A stretch of 26,713 nt of DNA from a virus (taxonomy: Duplodnaviria > Caudoviricetes). The stretch lies in IMG/VR virus record IMGVR_UViG_3300044267_000635, positions 1 to 26,713 of that record; one strand, 5' to 3'. Of the stretch, positions 18,270 through 25,517 are shown in pieces. A model generated the notes under the pieces. It was given only the letters and a program-made list of their open reading frames with translations. It did no database searches and was not told the DNA's origin. Position 1 is the stretch's first letter. Every line of letters starts with the position of its first letter. The translations under genes and the position numbers were made by a program.

Positions 18270-20026
18270 GTTACTGTATATACATCTAAAGCTTCCGCTT
18301 TACCTTTTACATTAATACTAGAGACTAAGTTTAATTCAAAATCGCTTAAATTCGCAGTCTTTTCTCCAATTAACAAATCTACTCCCACATCTTTAGTTGC
18401 TGATTCTAGCCTTGCAGCTGTATTAACTGGATCGCCTATAGCTGTATAATCAAACCTAGTTTCACTTCCCATATTCCCTATTACAGCTTCTCCAGAATTT
18501 ATACCTATTCCTATTTCTATTCCTAAATTAGCTTCTTCCATATTCTTTTTAATCTCAATAGCTGCTTTTATAGCTTTATCTTCATGGTCATTTAACTCTA
18601 TAGGAGCATTAAATATAGCCATCATTGCATCGCCAATATATTTATCTACCATGCCACCATATTTTTTGACCGCATTTTCTTGAATAGTTAAAGTTGCGTT
18701 CATAATAAAAGTTACATCTTCGGGCGGTAAAGTCTCTGACATAGAAGTAAATCCTCTAACATCAGTAAATAGAAATGTTGCGTATCTTTTTTCGCCACCT
18801 AGTTTTAATAACTCAGGATTTTTCTGCAATCTTTTAACCTGTCTTGGATCAATATAATGCTCAAATTGTTTTTTAATCTGCAATCTAAGCTTAAATTGTT
18901 CTCTAAATCTTAGATAAAAAGCTACTGTTGCTGTAATAAACTGAGATATAAGAGACCAAGTAAAATCTATTAATATTCCAGCACTTATATAATAAAAGCC
19001 CATATAAGTGGTTAGAGACATAATTCCTATTCCTGACACCAAACCCCATGTTATTCCCAAATATTGCAACAGGAGCCATATAAACGCGATAGAAATGGAA
19101 AATACTAATAACTCTACTGCTACAGCATAATCTGGTATATATGGACTATCTTGTATCAAAATAGACTCAGATAATGCAGCTTGTATTTTATGTGGCTCTA
19201 AAAGACCTACAGGAGTAGCAATTTGTGGCATTACACCAGCTGCTGTTACTCCAACAAATACAAACTTTCCATCTATATCAGCCTTTCCAGAAAATAAATC
19301 TTGTAAAGAAAATTCCTCTGTATCTACCCAACTTATCCATTTTCTTCCTAGTGAATCAGTAGGAATAGGAGGCAAGTTTTTAACTCTTATTTCTTCAATT
19401 CCATTTTCATTTGTTTTTATCAAATAAGTATCAGAATTAGCTAATATCTTTAAAACCTCTGTACCATAAGCCGAAACCCATCCATCAGGAGTTCTCATTA
19501 ATAAAGGCATCCTTCTGACTAATTGATCTACATCTGTAGGAGCTATAGCAATTCCTTGTGTCGCACTATTTTTAAGAATATCTATATTCTGTATAACGCC
19601 TGTAGCTTTATATCCGCCTATATCTTCACCTAAAATAACTGTGCCTGTTGTTTCTGGATAATCTCCATTGTCATTTTCAAACATAGCTAGAACACTAGGC
19701 GCATAAGATAAAACTTGTGAAAACTCTGCATCTCCTCCAAATCTATCTGGCTGTGGAAAGGCTATGACCCAGCCAACGCCTAATGCTCCGTTATTTAAAA
19801 GGTCTAAATGTATCTCTGATAATCTTTTTCTAGGTAAAGGATAACCACCTTCGTTTTCAATATCTTCTTCATTTATAGACAATATTGAAAAATAATTTGA
19901 TCGTTCTTTTTCTGGTACAAATTCATCAAATACTTTTAATTTTAATATTTCTAAGGGAGTCCATTGTTGTACTAAAGGAATACCTAATAATATAAATAAG
20001 CCTAAAAGCTGTATGTATTTAATCAC
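18266..20026 (-). CDS. CHASE2-domain membrane adenylate cyclase (class III)
   Basis: 586 aa; N-terminal TM, CHASE2-like region (IN.EDI...GGYPLPR, PDRFGGD, DQLVRRMPL), three TMs, FEHYIDP transducer element, cyclase motifs FLFTDVRGFT, DKYIGDAMMA, DYTAIGDPVNTAARLES, VKGK. Confidence 0.93.
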   Translation of the reverse strand: MIKYIQLLGLFILLGIPLVQQWTPLEILKLKVFDEFVPEKERSNYFSILSINEEDIENEGGYPLPRKRLSEIHLDLLNNGALGVGWVIAFPQPDRFGGDAEFSQVLSYAPSVLAMFENDNGDYPETTGTVILGEDIGGYKATGVIQNIDILKNSATQGIAIAPTDVDQLVRRMPLLMRTPDGWVSAYGTEVLKILANSDTYLIKTNENGIEEIRVKNLPPIPTDSLGRKWISWVDTEEFSLQDLFSGKADIDGKFVFVGVTAAGVMPQIATPVGLLEPHKIQAALSESILIQDSPYIPDYAVAVELLVFSISIAFIWLLLQYLGITWGLVSGIGIMSLTTYMGFYYISAGILIDFTWSLISQFITATVAFYLRFREQFKLRLQIKKQFEHYIDPRQVKRLQKNPELLKLGGEKRYATFLFTDVRGFTSMSETLPPEDVTFIMNATLTIQENAVKKYGGMVDKYIGDAMMAIFNAPIELNDHEDKAIKAAIEIKKNMEEANLGIEIGIGINSGEAVIGNMGSETRFDYTAIGDPVNTAARLESATKDVGVDLLIGEKTANLSDFELNLVSSINVKGKAEALDVYTVT

Positions 20027-20732
20027 TCTGATCTATTGTTAAAGTTTTATTGCAATTTGTAGTGCAATTATAATTAACTGTAATGCTTTTATTGGTAGCA
20101 CCTGACTGACTAGCAGTAACATCATAGTCATCTGTATAAAAATTCAGTCTCATATAATGATCTCCACTACCAGTTTGAGTTATAGAGGCATCATTATTAT
20201 CTGCTGAATTGCTAGCATAAATCTTAGCGTAATGTTCACCAGAACCAGATTGAGTAATAGAAAAATTTGAATTGTCTCCAAATGCTCTTATTTCGCCCTC
20301 TTTATCATTACCATTTTGAGTAATTGAATAAACATTATTATCGCCCTGCATATAGATTTCAGCATCATTATCATTGCCGTTTTGTATAACATCCATATCA
20401 TTTCCGTCATCATCAGCATCTATATAACCAAAATTATCATTACCATCTTGGTCTATTTTGTATTCATTACCAGTATGATTAGCTACTTGACTATAAGCTC
20501 TAGCAATATTATTCATCCCATTTTGATCTATATCTATTTCTGCATTGCTACAATTATGGGTTGTATAAGTGCCTTGAGATAAGCCACACCATACTCTTGC
20601 TGTGTTACTTGTACCTATCTGATCTATATGTATAAGAGAGGAGCTACCTTTTGTCCTTACCTCTGCTGAATTATCTCCAGCATAAACAGCAATAGAGATA
20701 AGACTAATCAGACTGGTTAATAATAATCTCAT
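20019..20732 (-). CDS. Secreted curlin-repeat protein (CsgA/CsgB-like), copy 2
   Basis: Sec signal MRLLLTSLISLISIAVYA; repeated I.Q.G..N units (IDQIGTSN, IDQNGMNN, IDQDGNDN, VIQNGNDN, ITQNGND, ITQSGSG, ITQTGSG); start reassigned from 20747 to 20732 (GGAGGAGG 5 nt upstream). Confidence 0.82.
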   Translation of the reverse strand: MRLLLTSLISLISIAVYAGDNSAEVRTKGSSSLIHIDQIGTSNTARVWCGLSQGTYTTHNCSNAEIDIDQNGMNNIARAYSQVANHTGNEYKIDQDGNDNFGYIDADDDGNDMDVIQNGNDNDAEIYMQGDNNVYSITQNGNDKEGEIRAFGDNSNFSITQSGSGEHYAKIYASNSADNNDASITQTGSGDHYMRLNFYTDDYDVTASQSGATNKSITVNYNCTTNCNKTLTIDQSD

Positions 20733-21807
20733 TTTCGCCTCCTCCATTTACTGTTAAATTAATTAATTTTCCAGCAGATAATATTTGTATGCTATATCCG
20801 CTTTCTTTGTCTAATTGCAGGTCTATTGTATTTTCAACTTGTCTGAACAAAGAAAATACCTCACCTTCTACAAATGTATAAACTTGTGCGTTTTGGTCAA
20901 ATCCAGGAATTATTCCTTCTATTTTAACTCCATCTATTTCACCTTCATCAGCATCATCTTTACCACCCGCAGATAATTCTTCTATGGTTTCTAATAAATC
21001 TTGTAAAAAATCAACTGATAATAAATCTATATCTAATCTAGTTATTTCATCTTGCAATTCATCTTCTGATAAATCGCTATCATCATCTAACTCATTTTCC
21101 TCAAGTAAATCTATATCTAGCACATTGCTAGCAGTTTGTGTTTGTTCTTCTATAGCCTGTTCTACTTCTTCTGGTGGAGTAACAATTAATAAATTATCTA
21201 TAAAATTTAAAGACATATTTACTAATGTTACTGGTCTAGTAGGCGGACTTTCGCTCATACTAACCATAGTTGCCTGATAAGGTTGATTTAAAATTTCTGT
21301 ACCTGCTAATGTTTCTACTGTGATTTCTCCAGAAGAATTGCCATTAGCATCAGGCAATAAAATAACTAATGATCTTCCTAATTCATCTACTGTTGTAGTG
21401 AAATCTGTCCCTCTAATAAAAATTGAGGCACTTGGAGTTCTAATAGAAATGTTTTCTTTATCTATTCTTCCCAGTGCGCCAGTAATAAATCTGGCTGTTC
21501 CACTTGCCATTTGGAGCGCCATTTTGCTTTTACTTGGGTCAGGGTCATAGATATATTCATCAATAACAATCTTAGAATGTTCAGTAAGCCGTATGACAGA
21601 AGAATCAAGAAACTCAATACCGATACGACCATTACCAGTGCGGACATCATCATAGCTAAGAATATCCAAATCATTTGTTGCCAATAGTCTATCTGACTGA
21701 TTCGCTCGTAAAATTTCTCCATTTCCTCTTAACTCAGATATTTTGCCTATTTCAGCATAGGCATTATTAAAGGGTATTAATATTAATACTAACAGCCACT
21801 TGTGCAT
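20704..21807 (-). CDS. Secreted / periplasmic FecR-domain protein with an acidic linker
   Basis: 367 aa; signal peptide (..NNAYA); D.VRTG..GRIGIEFLDSSVIRLTEHSKIVIDEY..G.ARFITG..IRTPSASIFIRGTDF is a FecR domain; D/E-rich linker; beta-rich C-terminus. Confidence 0.88.
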   Translation of the reverse strand: MHKWLLVLILIPFNNAYAEIGKISELRGNGEILRANQSDRLLATNDLDILSYDDVRTGNGRIGIEFLDSSVIRLTEHSKIVIDEYIYDPDPSKSKMALQMASGTARFITGALGRIDKENISIRTPSASIFIRGTDFTTTVDELGRSLVILLPDANGNSSGEITVETLAGTEILNQPYQATMVSMSESPPTRPVTLVNMSLNFIDNLLIVTPPEEVEQAIEEQTQTASNVLDIDLLEENELDDDSDLSEDELQDEITRLDIDLLSVDFLQDLLETIEELSAGGKDDADEGEIDGVKIEGIIPGFDQNAQVYTFVEGEVFSLFRQVENTIDLQLDKESGYSIQILSAGKLINLTVNGGGENEIIINQSD

Positions 21808-22472
21808 TGGTCTATGTCTATAGTCCCATTGCTTGTAGTAGCAGTTATAACTACTACATCAGATACACTGCCAGTGCTATTAGTCTGGTCTATATCTATA
21901 TTGTTAGTATTTCCAGTTATTGTTGCTGTTATTGAGTGATCTGCGTTTCCAGTTTGTGTAGTGTCAATATCATTAGAATCACCATCAACATTCCAGTTAT
22001 TAATACAGCCAACAACTTCACATTTTGCATTAATATCATTAGAAGTACCCGCTATAACTATATCTTGATTACCAGCTGTTGCAGTTGCATCTGCGCCTTG
22101 CGTAAAGGTTACAGCATTAGAATCACCTGTAGCAGCTAAATCAAAGTCTGTATTAGCAACATCTCCTGTGGCACCAAATGCTAATGTAGTTGAGTTACTA
22201 TCTCCTGTAGAAGCTAATGTAAAAGATGTACTGTTACCTTGAGCTATAGAAGCTGCTAAAGTATTTGAATCTCCTACTTGATCTACATCTACTGTCATAG
22301 AAGTACCAGTAAATGTAGCTCTAGTTTGTGATGTACCAACTACATTACTATCACCAATTTGATCTATATTCATAGTCAAACCAGTACCAGATTGCGTTAT
22401 ATAAATATCGTTATTCGCTGCAAAAAGAGCAGGCGCAATTAAGATTAACAATATTTTTAAAAGATTTTTCAT
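21789..22472 (-). CDS. Secreted curlin-repeat protein (CsgA/CsgB-like), copy 1
   Basis: 227 aa; signal MKNLLKILLILIAPALFA; IYITQSG, IDQIGDSN, VDQVGDSN, TGDSN x2, AGTSN, DGDSN, TGNTN repeats; T/S/G/N/D-rich; GAGGAGG RBS; directly after csgG. Confidence 0.82.
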   Translation of the reverse strand: MKNLLKILLILIAPALFAANNDIYITQSGTGLTMNIDQIGDSNVVGTSQTRATFTGTSMTVDVDQVGDSNTLAASIAQGNSTSFTLASTGDSNSTTLAFGATGDVANTDFDLAATGDSNAVTFTQGADATATAGNQDIVIAGTSNDINAKCEVVGCINNWNVDGDSNDIDTTQTGNADHSITATITGNTNNIDIDQTNSTGSVSDVVVITATTSNGTIDIDQCTSGC

Positions 22473-23311
22473 TTTACCTCCTCACTTAATAGTGAATAAT
22501 CAAAATCCCAAAATTCTTGTTCTATGCCTTTCATTATTATTTGATAAACAGCTTCTTCTATCGCTGATCTAGTGGCATAACCTACAGCTTCATTTTCAGA
22601 ATAACCTGTTTCAAGCTCAACTAATTCAGTTCCCATTTCTATAAATCTAAAAACATCTCGGCTAGTACCTGCGCTTAAAACTGTTTTAGAGACCATAGTG
22701 TTTAAAATTACTTCTCCTGTTTGTACGAGAACTACTCGTATTGATACTGTTATTTCGTCTTTTCTCCATTGATTACTTGAGCCTATCCCAAGATAACGAG
22801 CGCCATTACCGCCTGTTCCTATATTTGTATCGTACTGAATAATACCTCCTTCAAATATAAGACCTGCAAATAAAAGAGGTTTTAATGTATTACCTACTTC
22901 ACCATCATAAGTTTGTCTTGTTTGTTTAATTAATTGCCTTTCTCTAGTTAAGGCTTCTAAACCATTTCTTTCAACAACAACAAACCATGAACCATCGCCA
23001 GCTAAACGTAAAGCATCTATTAAATATTGATCTGCTCCTTGAGTAACTGCTGTACTAAAAAGCGCCATTTTTTGTGAGCTTTTTCGTTGCCCAGTTAAAT
23101 CTTGAAAATTATAAACAGCAACTACTGCTTGCTGATTAGGCTTTGATAAAGATTTTAACTTTTCTTGTGCTGGTCTAAGTAATTTAGGTTCTTCTACACA
23201 TTCTAAAAAAGAAGCACATCCAGTTGATCCTGGTGGTGAATAGCTAGCACAATTAGCTAAAATAAAAGGAATAATTAAATATATTCCTATATGCCACAGT
23301 CGTCTGAACAT
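22469..23311 (-). CDS. csgG: Curli secretion channel lipoprotein CsgG
   Basis: Lipobox-like ILANC; VAVYNFQDLTGQRK, FSTAVTQGA, WFVVVERNGL..LTRERQLI, EGGIIQYDTNIGTGGNGARYLGIG, TGEVI..V.KT.LS, E.ETGYSENE..R.AIE.AV. Confidence 0.95.
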   Translation of the reverse strand: MFRRLWHIGIYLIIPFILANCASYSPPGSTGCASFLECVEEPKLLRPAQEKLKSLSKPNQQAVVAVYNFQDLTGQRKSSQKMALFSTAVTQGADQYLIDALRLAGDGSWFVVVERNGLEALTRERQLIKQTRQTYDGEVGNTLKPLLFAGLIFEGGIIQYDTNIGTGGNGARYLGIGSSNQWRKDEITVSIRVVLVQTGEVILNTMVSKTVLSAGTSRDVFRFIEMGTELVELETGYSENEAVGYATRSAIEEAVYQIIMKGIEQEFWDFDYSLLSEEVK

Positions 23312-23814
23312 ATACCAAATATACCTATGGGTATAACAATAGTTGTAATATTCCCATCTGCATCTGTAACTGTTAGGGTAATATTTATCCCATCATTTAC
23401 AAAAGTTATTATACTGCCTTCTAATTCTATACTTCCTCCTGTTCCTCCTCCTTCTGAGTTAAACAGGCTTTCAGCTATATCTCTTGATAACTGACTATAG
23501 ATTCTACTTTCTAAATTTCTTAAAAACTTTGCTAGTGTAGTGTTTTCAGCTTCACGCTCTGCTTCTTTAAGAGCATTTTCAACCTTTTCAGCTTCTTCAT
23601 CCCTTCTAGTTTTTTCTTGTTCATCAATGGTTAAATAATGTGAAGATGTAGCTATACCACTAAAACTAGGACTCTTAAACTCTTGAACTATTTGGTCGGC
23701 AGGTAAAATTCCAGCATAAAAGAATAATATTAAATAAAATAATGTACCTAATCCTATAGAAGCAAAAAAAAGCCCTAAACTACCATTATTTTCTTTTGTT
23801 CCTTTTTTGCTCAT
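23287..23814 (-). CDS. csgF: Curli assembly protein CsgF-like
   Basis: Hydrophobic leader, then ADQIVQEFKSPSFSG (cf. the CsgF N-terminal F.NP.FGG motif), F.RNLESRIYSQLS, ITLTVTD.DG..TTIVIP; directly upstream of csgG. Confidence 0.82.
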   Translation of the reverse strand: MSKKGTKENNGSLGLFFASIGLGTLFYLILFFYAGILPADQIVQEFKSPSFSGIATSSHYLTIDEQEKTRRDEEAEKVENALKEAEREAENTTLAKFLRNLESRIYSQLSRDIAESLFNSEGGGTGGSIELEGSIITFVNDGINITLTVTDADGNITTIVIPIGIFGICSDDCGI

Positions 23815-24049
23815 TTTCTTCCTTTTCCTTTAGTTCTAATGCTGTATTTACTTTCTCCTGTAGCCTTATCATATCTTGATCGAGTAATCTTAATTGATCG
23901 GTTAAACGAATAATCGTAGTTTTCATACTTTCTACTGCTGGGTCTATTTTGTTAGTGATAGTTTGCCAAACAAAATAAACAAAATAACCTAGACCAACTA
24001 CCATAACTACTGGAAAACCAAAGTCTGAAACTAATTGGACTATATCCAT
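23786..24049 (-). CDS. Small single-TM plus coiled-coil membrane protein (YvrJ/holin-like), paralog 2
   Basis: 87 aa; LVSDFGFPVVMVVGLGYFVYFVW followed by a heptad region. Confidence 0.7.
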   Translation of the reverse strand: MDIVQLVSDFGFPVVMVVGLGYFVYFVWQTITNKIDPAVESMKTTIIRLTDQLRLLDQDMIRLQEKVNTALELKEKEENEQKRNKRK

Positions 24050-24345
24050 TAGTCTCTCCGTGCGTCTATCTTTCCATCTTCTACAAAGTTTTCTGCTCTA
24101 GCTATTCTATCTAAATCTGGAGCTAAATTTAAAGCTGCTGATACGCTAGTATCTATACGAATAATGTCATTATTCATTATAGAAGCTCTTGTTATAAGCA
24201 TCTTTGATATTCCTTGTACTTGTTTAATTTCGCTTACGAGATTATCCATAAGCTGTTTCATTACAAGAAATATAAAAAATCCCATAATTAATCCACTTGC
24301 TATTGGCAGACCTAACTCTGCTATAAGACCAAATGTTTCTGACAT
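24049..24345 (-). CDS. Small single-TM plus coiled-coil membrane protein, paralog 1
   Basis: 98 aa; LIAELGLPIASGLIMGFFIFLVM followed by a heptad region; aligns by eye with 23786-24049. Confidence 0.7.
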   Translation of the reverse strand: MSETFGLIAELGLPIASGLIMGFFIFLVMKQLMDNLVSEIKQVQGISKMLITRASIMNNDIIRIDTSVSAALNLAPDLDRIARAENFVEDGKIDARRD

Positions 24346-24735
24346 TTATTCTTTACCTTCTCCTTTAAAGCTTTTAGAAGCTCCAGAGGTTCCTGCATAA
24401 AGTCCAAACCAAGCTGCTCCTGCACCAACAATTATAGATATAAGACCAGACTGTTCTAAGCTAGGCGATTCTAAAGCCATAAACCACATCGTAGAATAAT
24501 AAAGCAAAAAGATATAAACGCTCAGAAATACTCTTGGGAATATTCTCCAAGAATCAACTGCTTGCGCTAAATGAATCCATTTTTGATGAGGGTTTACATT
24601 TGTAGAATCTTCTAATTCTCTAATTTTATCTTTTAAATCAGATATTTCCCTAATCATGTCCATAAACTTGTTGAGGTCCATTTCAACTTCATTACGATCC
24701 ATGTCTCCACCAAATTTACTACTGCTATCATTCAT
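24346..24735 (-). CDS. Two-TM membrane protein, holin candidate
   Basis: N-terminal coiled coil; DSWRIFPRVF..TM1..WFMAL..P..EQSGLISIIVGAGAAWFGLY TM2; short charged C-tail. Start is uncertain (24759 or 24735, which couples to the nuclease stop). Confidence 0.6.
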   Translation of the reverse strand: MNDSSSKFGGDMDRNEVEMDLNKFMDMIREISDLKDKIRELEDSTNVNPHQKWIHLAQAVDSWRIFPRVFLSVYIFLLYYSTMWFMALESPSLEQSGLISIIVGAGAAWFGLYAGTSGASKSFKGEGKE

Positions 24736-25150
24736 CAGGTACAAATACTCCCATTTCAATTAATTTTGTTCTATTCGATTGATGCACTGCTTCTATAGCT
24801 TCTTTACTTTGACCAAAATAAGCTGCTGCATGAAAATTATCAACCATTGACTGGTTAATATTTATTCCATCAACTACTATATCACCTAAAACTCTACCAA
24901 ATTTTCCTCTTGAGTCTTTTAGTTTTGTTTGAATAACAACTTTTTTGCCGTTATTAATAGCATCCTCTAAGAAAGATTTTGCCAGTTTTCCTCTAGCCTT
25001 CTCATCCAAGTTACGAGTGCGTGACTCGGGAGTATCAATACCATATAGACGAACACGAGACTTATAAAGAATATCAAAGCCAAGATCAAGAGTAACATCG
25101 ACAGTATCTCCATCAACGACTCTTTCAACTTTGCAACCATACTCATACAT
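24728..25150 (-). CDS. SNase-like (thermonuclease family) nuclease
   Basis: RVVDGDTVDV, RVRLYGIDTPE, GKFGRVLG, INQSMV..A..Y; no signal peptide. Confidence 0.92.
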   Translation of the reverse strand: MYEYGCKVERVVDGDTVDVTLDLGFDILYKSRVRLYGIDTPESRTRNLDEKARGKLAKSFLEDAINNGKKVVIQTKLKDSRGKFGRVLGDIVVDGININQSMVDNFHAAAYFGQSKEAIEAVHQSNRTKLIEMGVFVPDE

Positions 25151-25155
25151 ATCAA

Positions 25156-25341
25156 TTATCCTATAAATTTAGCTGCAACGATAGTTGCAACAATAAATGG
25201 ATATATAGCCCAAAGCATAGCTTCAAGTTTATCAAAGCGTTTTGTTCCAGCTTCAAGCCTTTTATCAATGCTTTTGTATAATGCTTTACATTCTCTTTCG
25301 TGAGACTCTATGGCATTTAAAGCGTCCCTCGCTGTTGCCAT
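25156..25341 (-). CDS. Small coiled-coil plus C-terminal TM protein (XhlA/holin-like)
   Basis: 61 aa; HERECKALY..IDKRLE...RFDKLE followed by hydrophobic MLWAIYPFIVATIVAA. Confidence 0.7.
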   Translation of the reverse strand: MATARDALNAIESHERECKALYKSIDKRLEAGTKRFDKLEAMLWAIYPFIVATIVAAKFIG

Positions 25342-25517
25342 TATTTATCGCCTGCTTTATTTTTAGCTTTACCAATATTTAATGCAAAAAGATCAATAAG
25401 TTTATATAGCTTACCAATCCATACATCATCTTTAGGAGTTGGCGTAATAGCAGCAACAATAGATGATACTGTTACTATTAAAGTTATTAATCCAATAATA
25501 TTTGAAATTGCTTCCAT
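25341..25517 (-). CDS. Small membrane protein, holin-like (not in the ORF track)
   Basis: 58 aa MEAISNIIGLITLIVTVSSIVAAITPTPKDDVWIGKLYKLIDLFALNIGKAKNKAGDK; TAATG overlaps at both ends; GAGG upstream. Confidence 0.85.
   Translation of the reverse strand: MEAISNIIGLITLIVTVSSIVAAITPTPKDDVWIGKLYKLIDLFALNIGKAKNKAGDK

Noticed and set aside
18266-20026. Cyclase as a Pycsar/CBASS-type defence cyclase or a guanylate cyclase
   Set aside because: CHASE2 plus 3TM receptor architecture, Lys/Thr specificity residues indicating ATP, and no adjacent cNMP-binding effector
20019-22472. Curlin-gene nucleotide periodicity as a CRISPR array or DGR repeats
   Set aside because: Repeats are degenerate and exist at the protein level; no identical repeats with unique spacers, and no reverse transcriptase or cas gene
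18266-24345. Cassette as host chromosomal DNA or a prophage boundary
   Set aside because: It overlaps or abuts phage lysis genes on both sides, has similar AT-richness, and shows no att-like repeats, integrase or housekeeping genes; read coverage would be the final check
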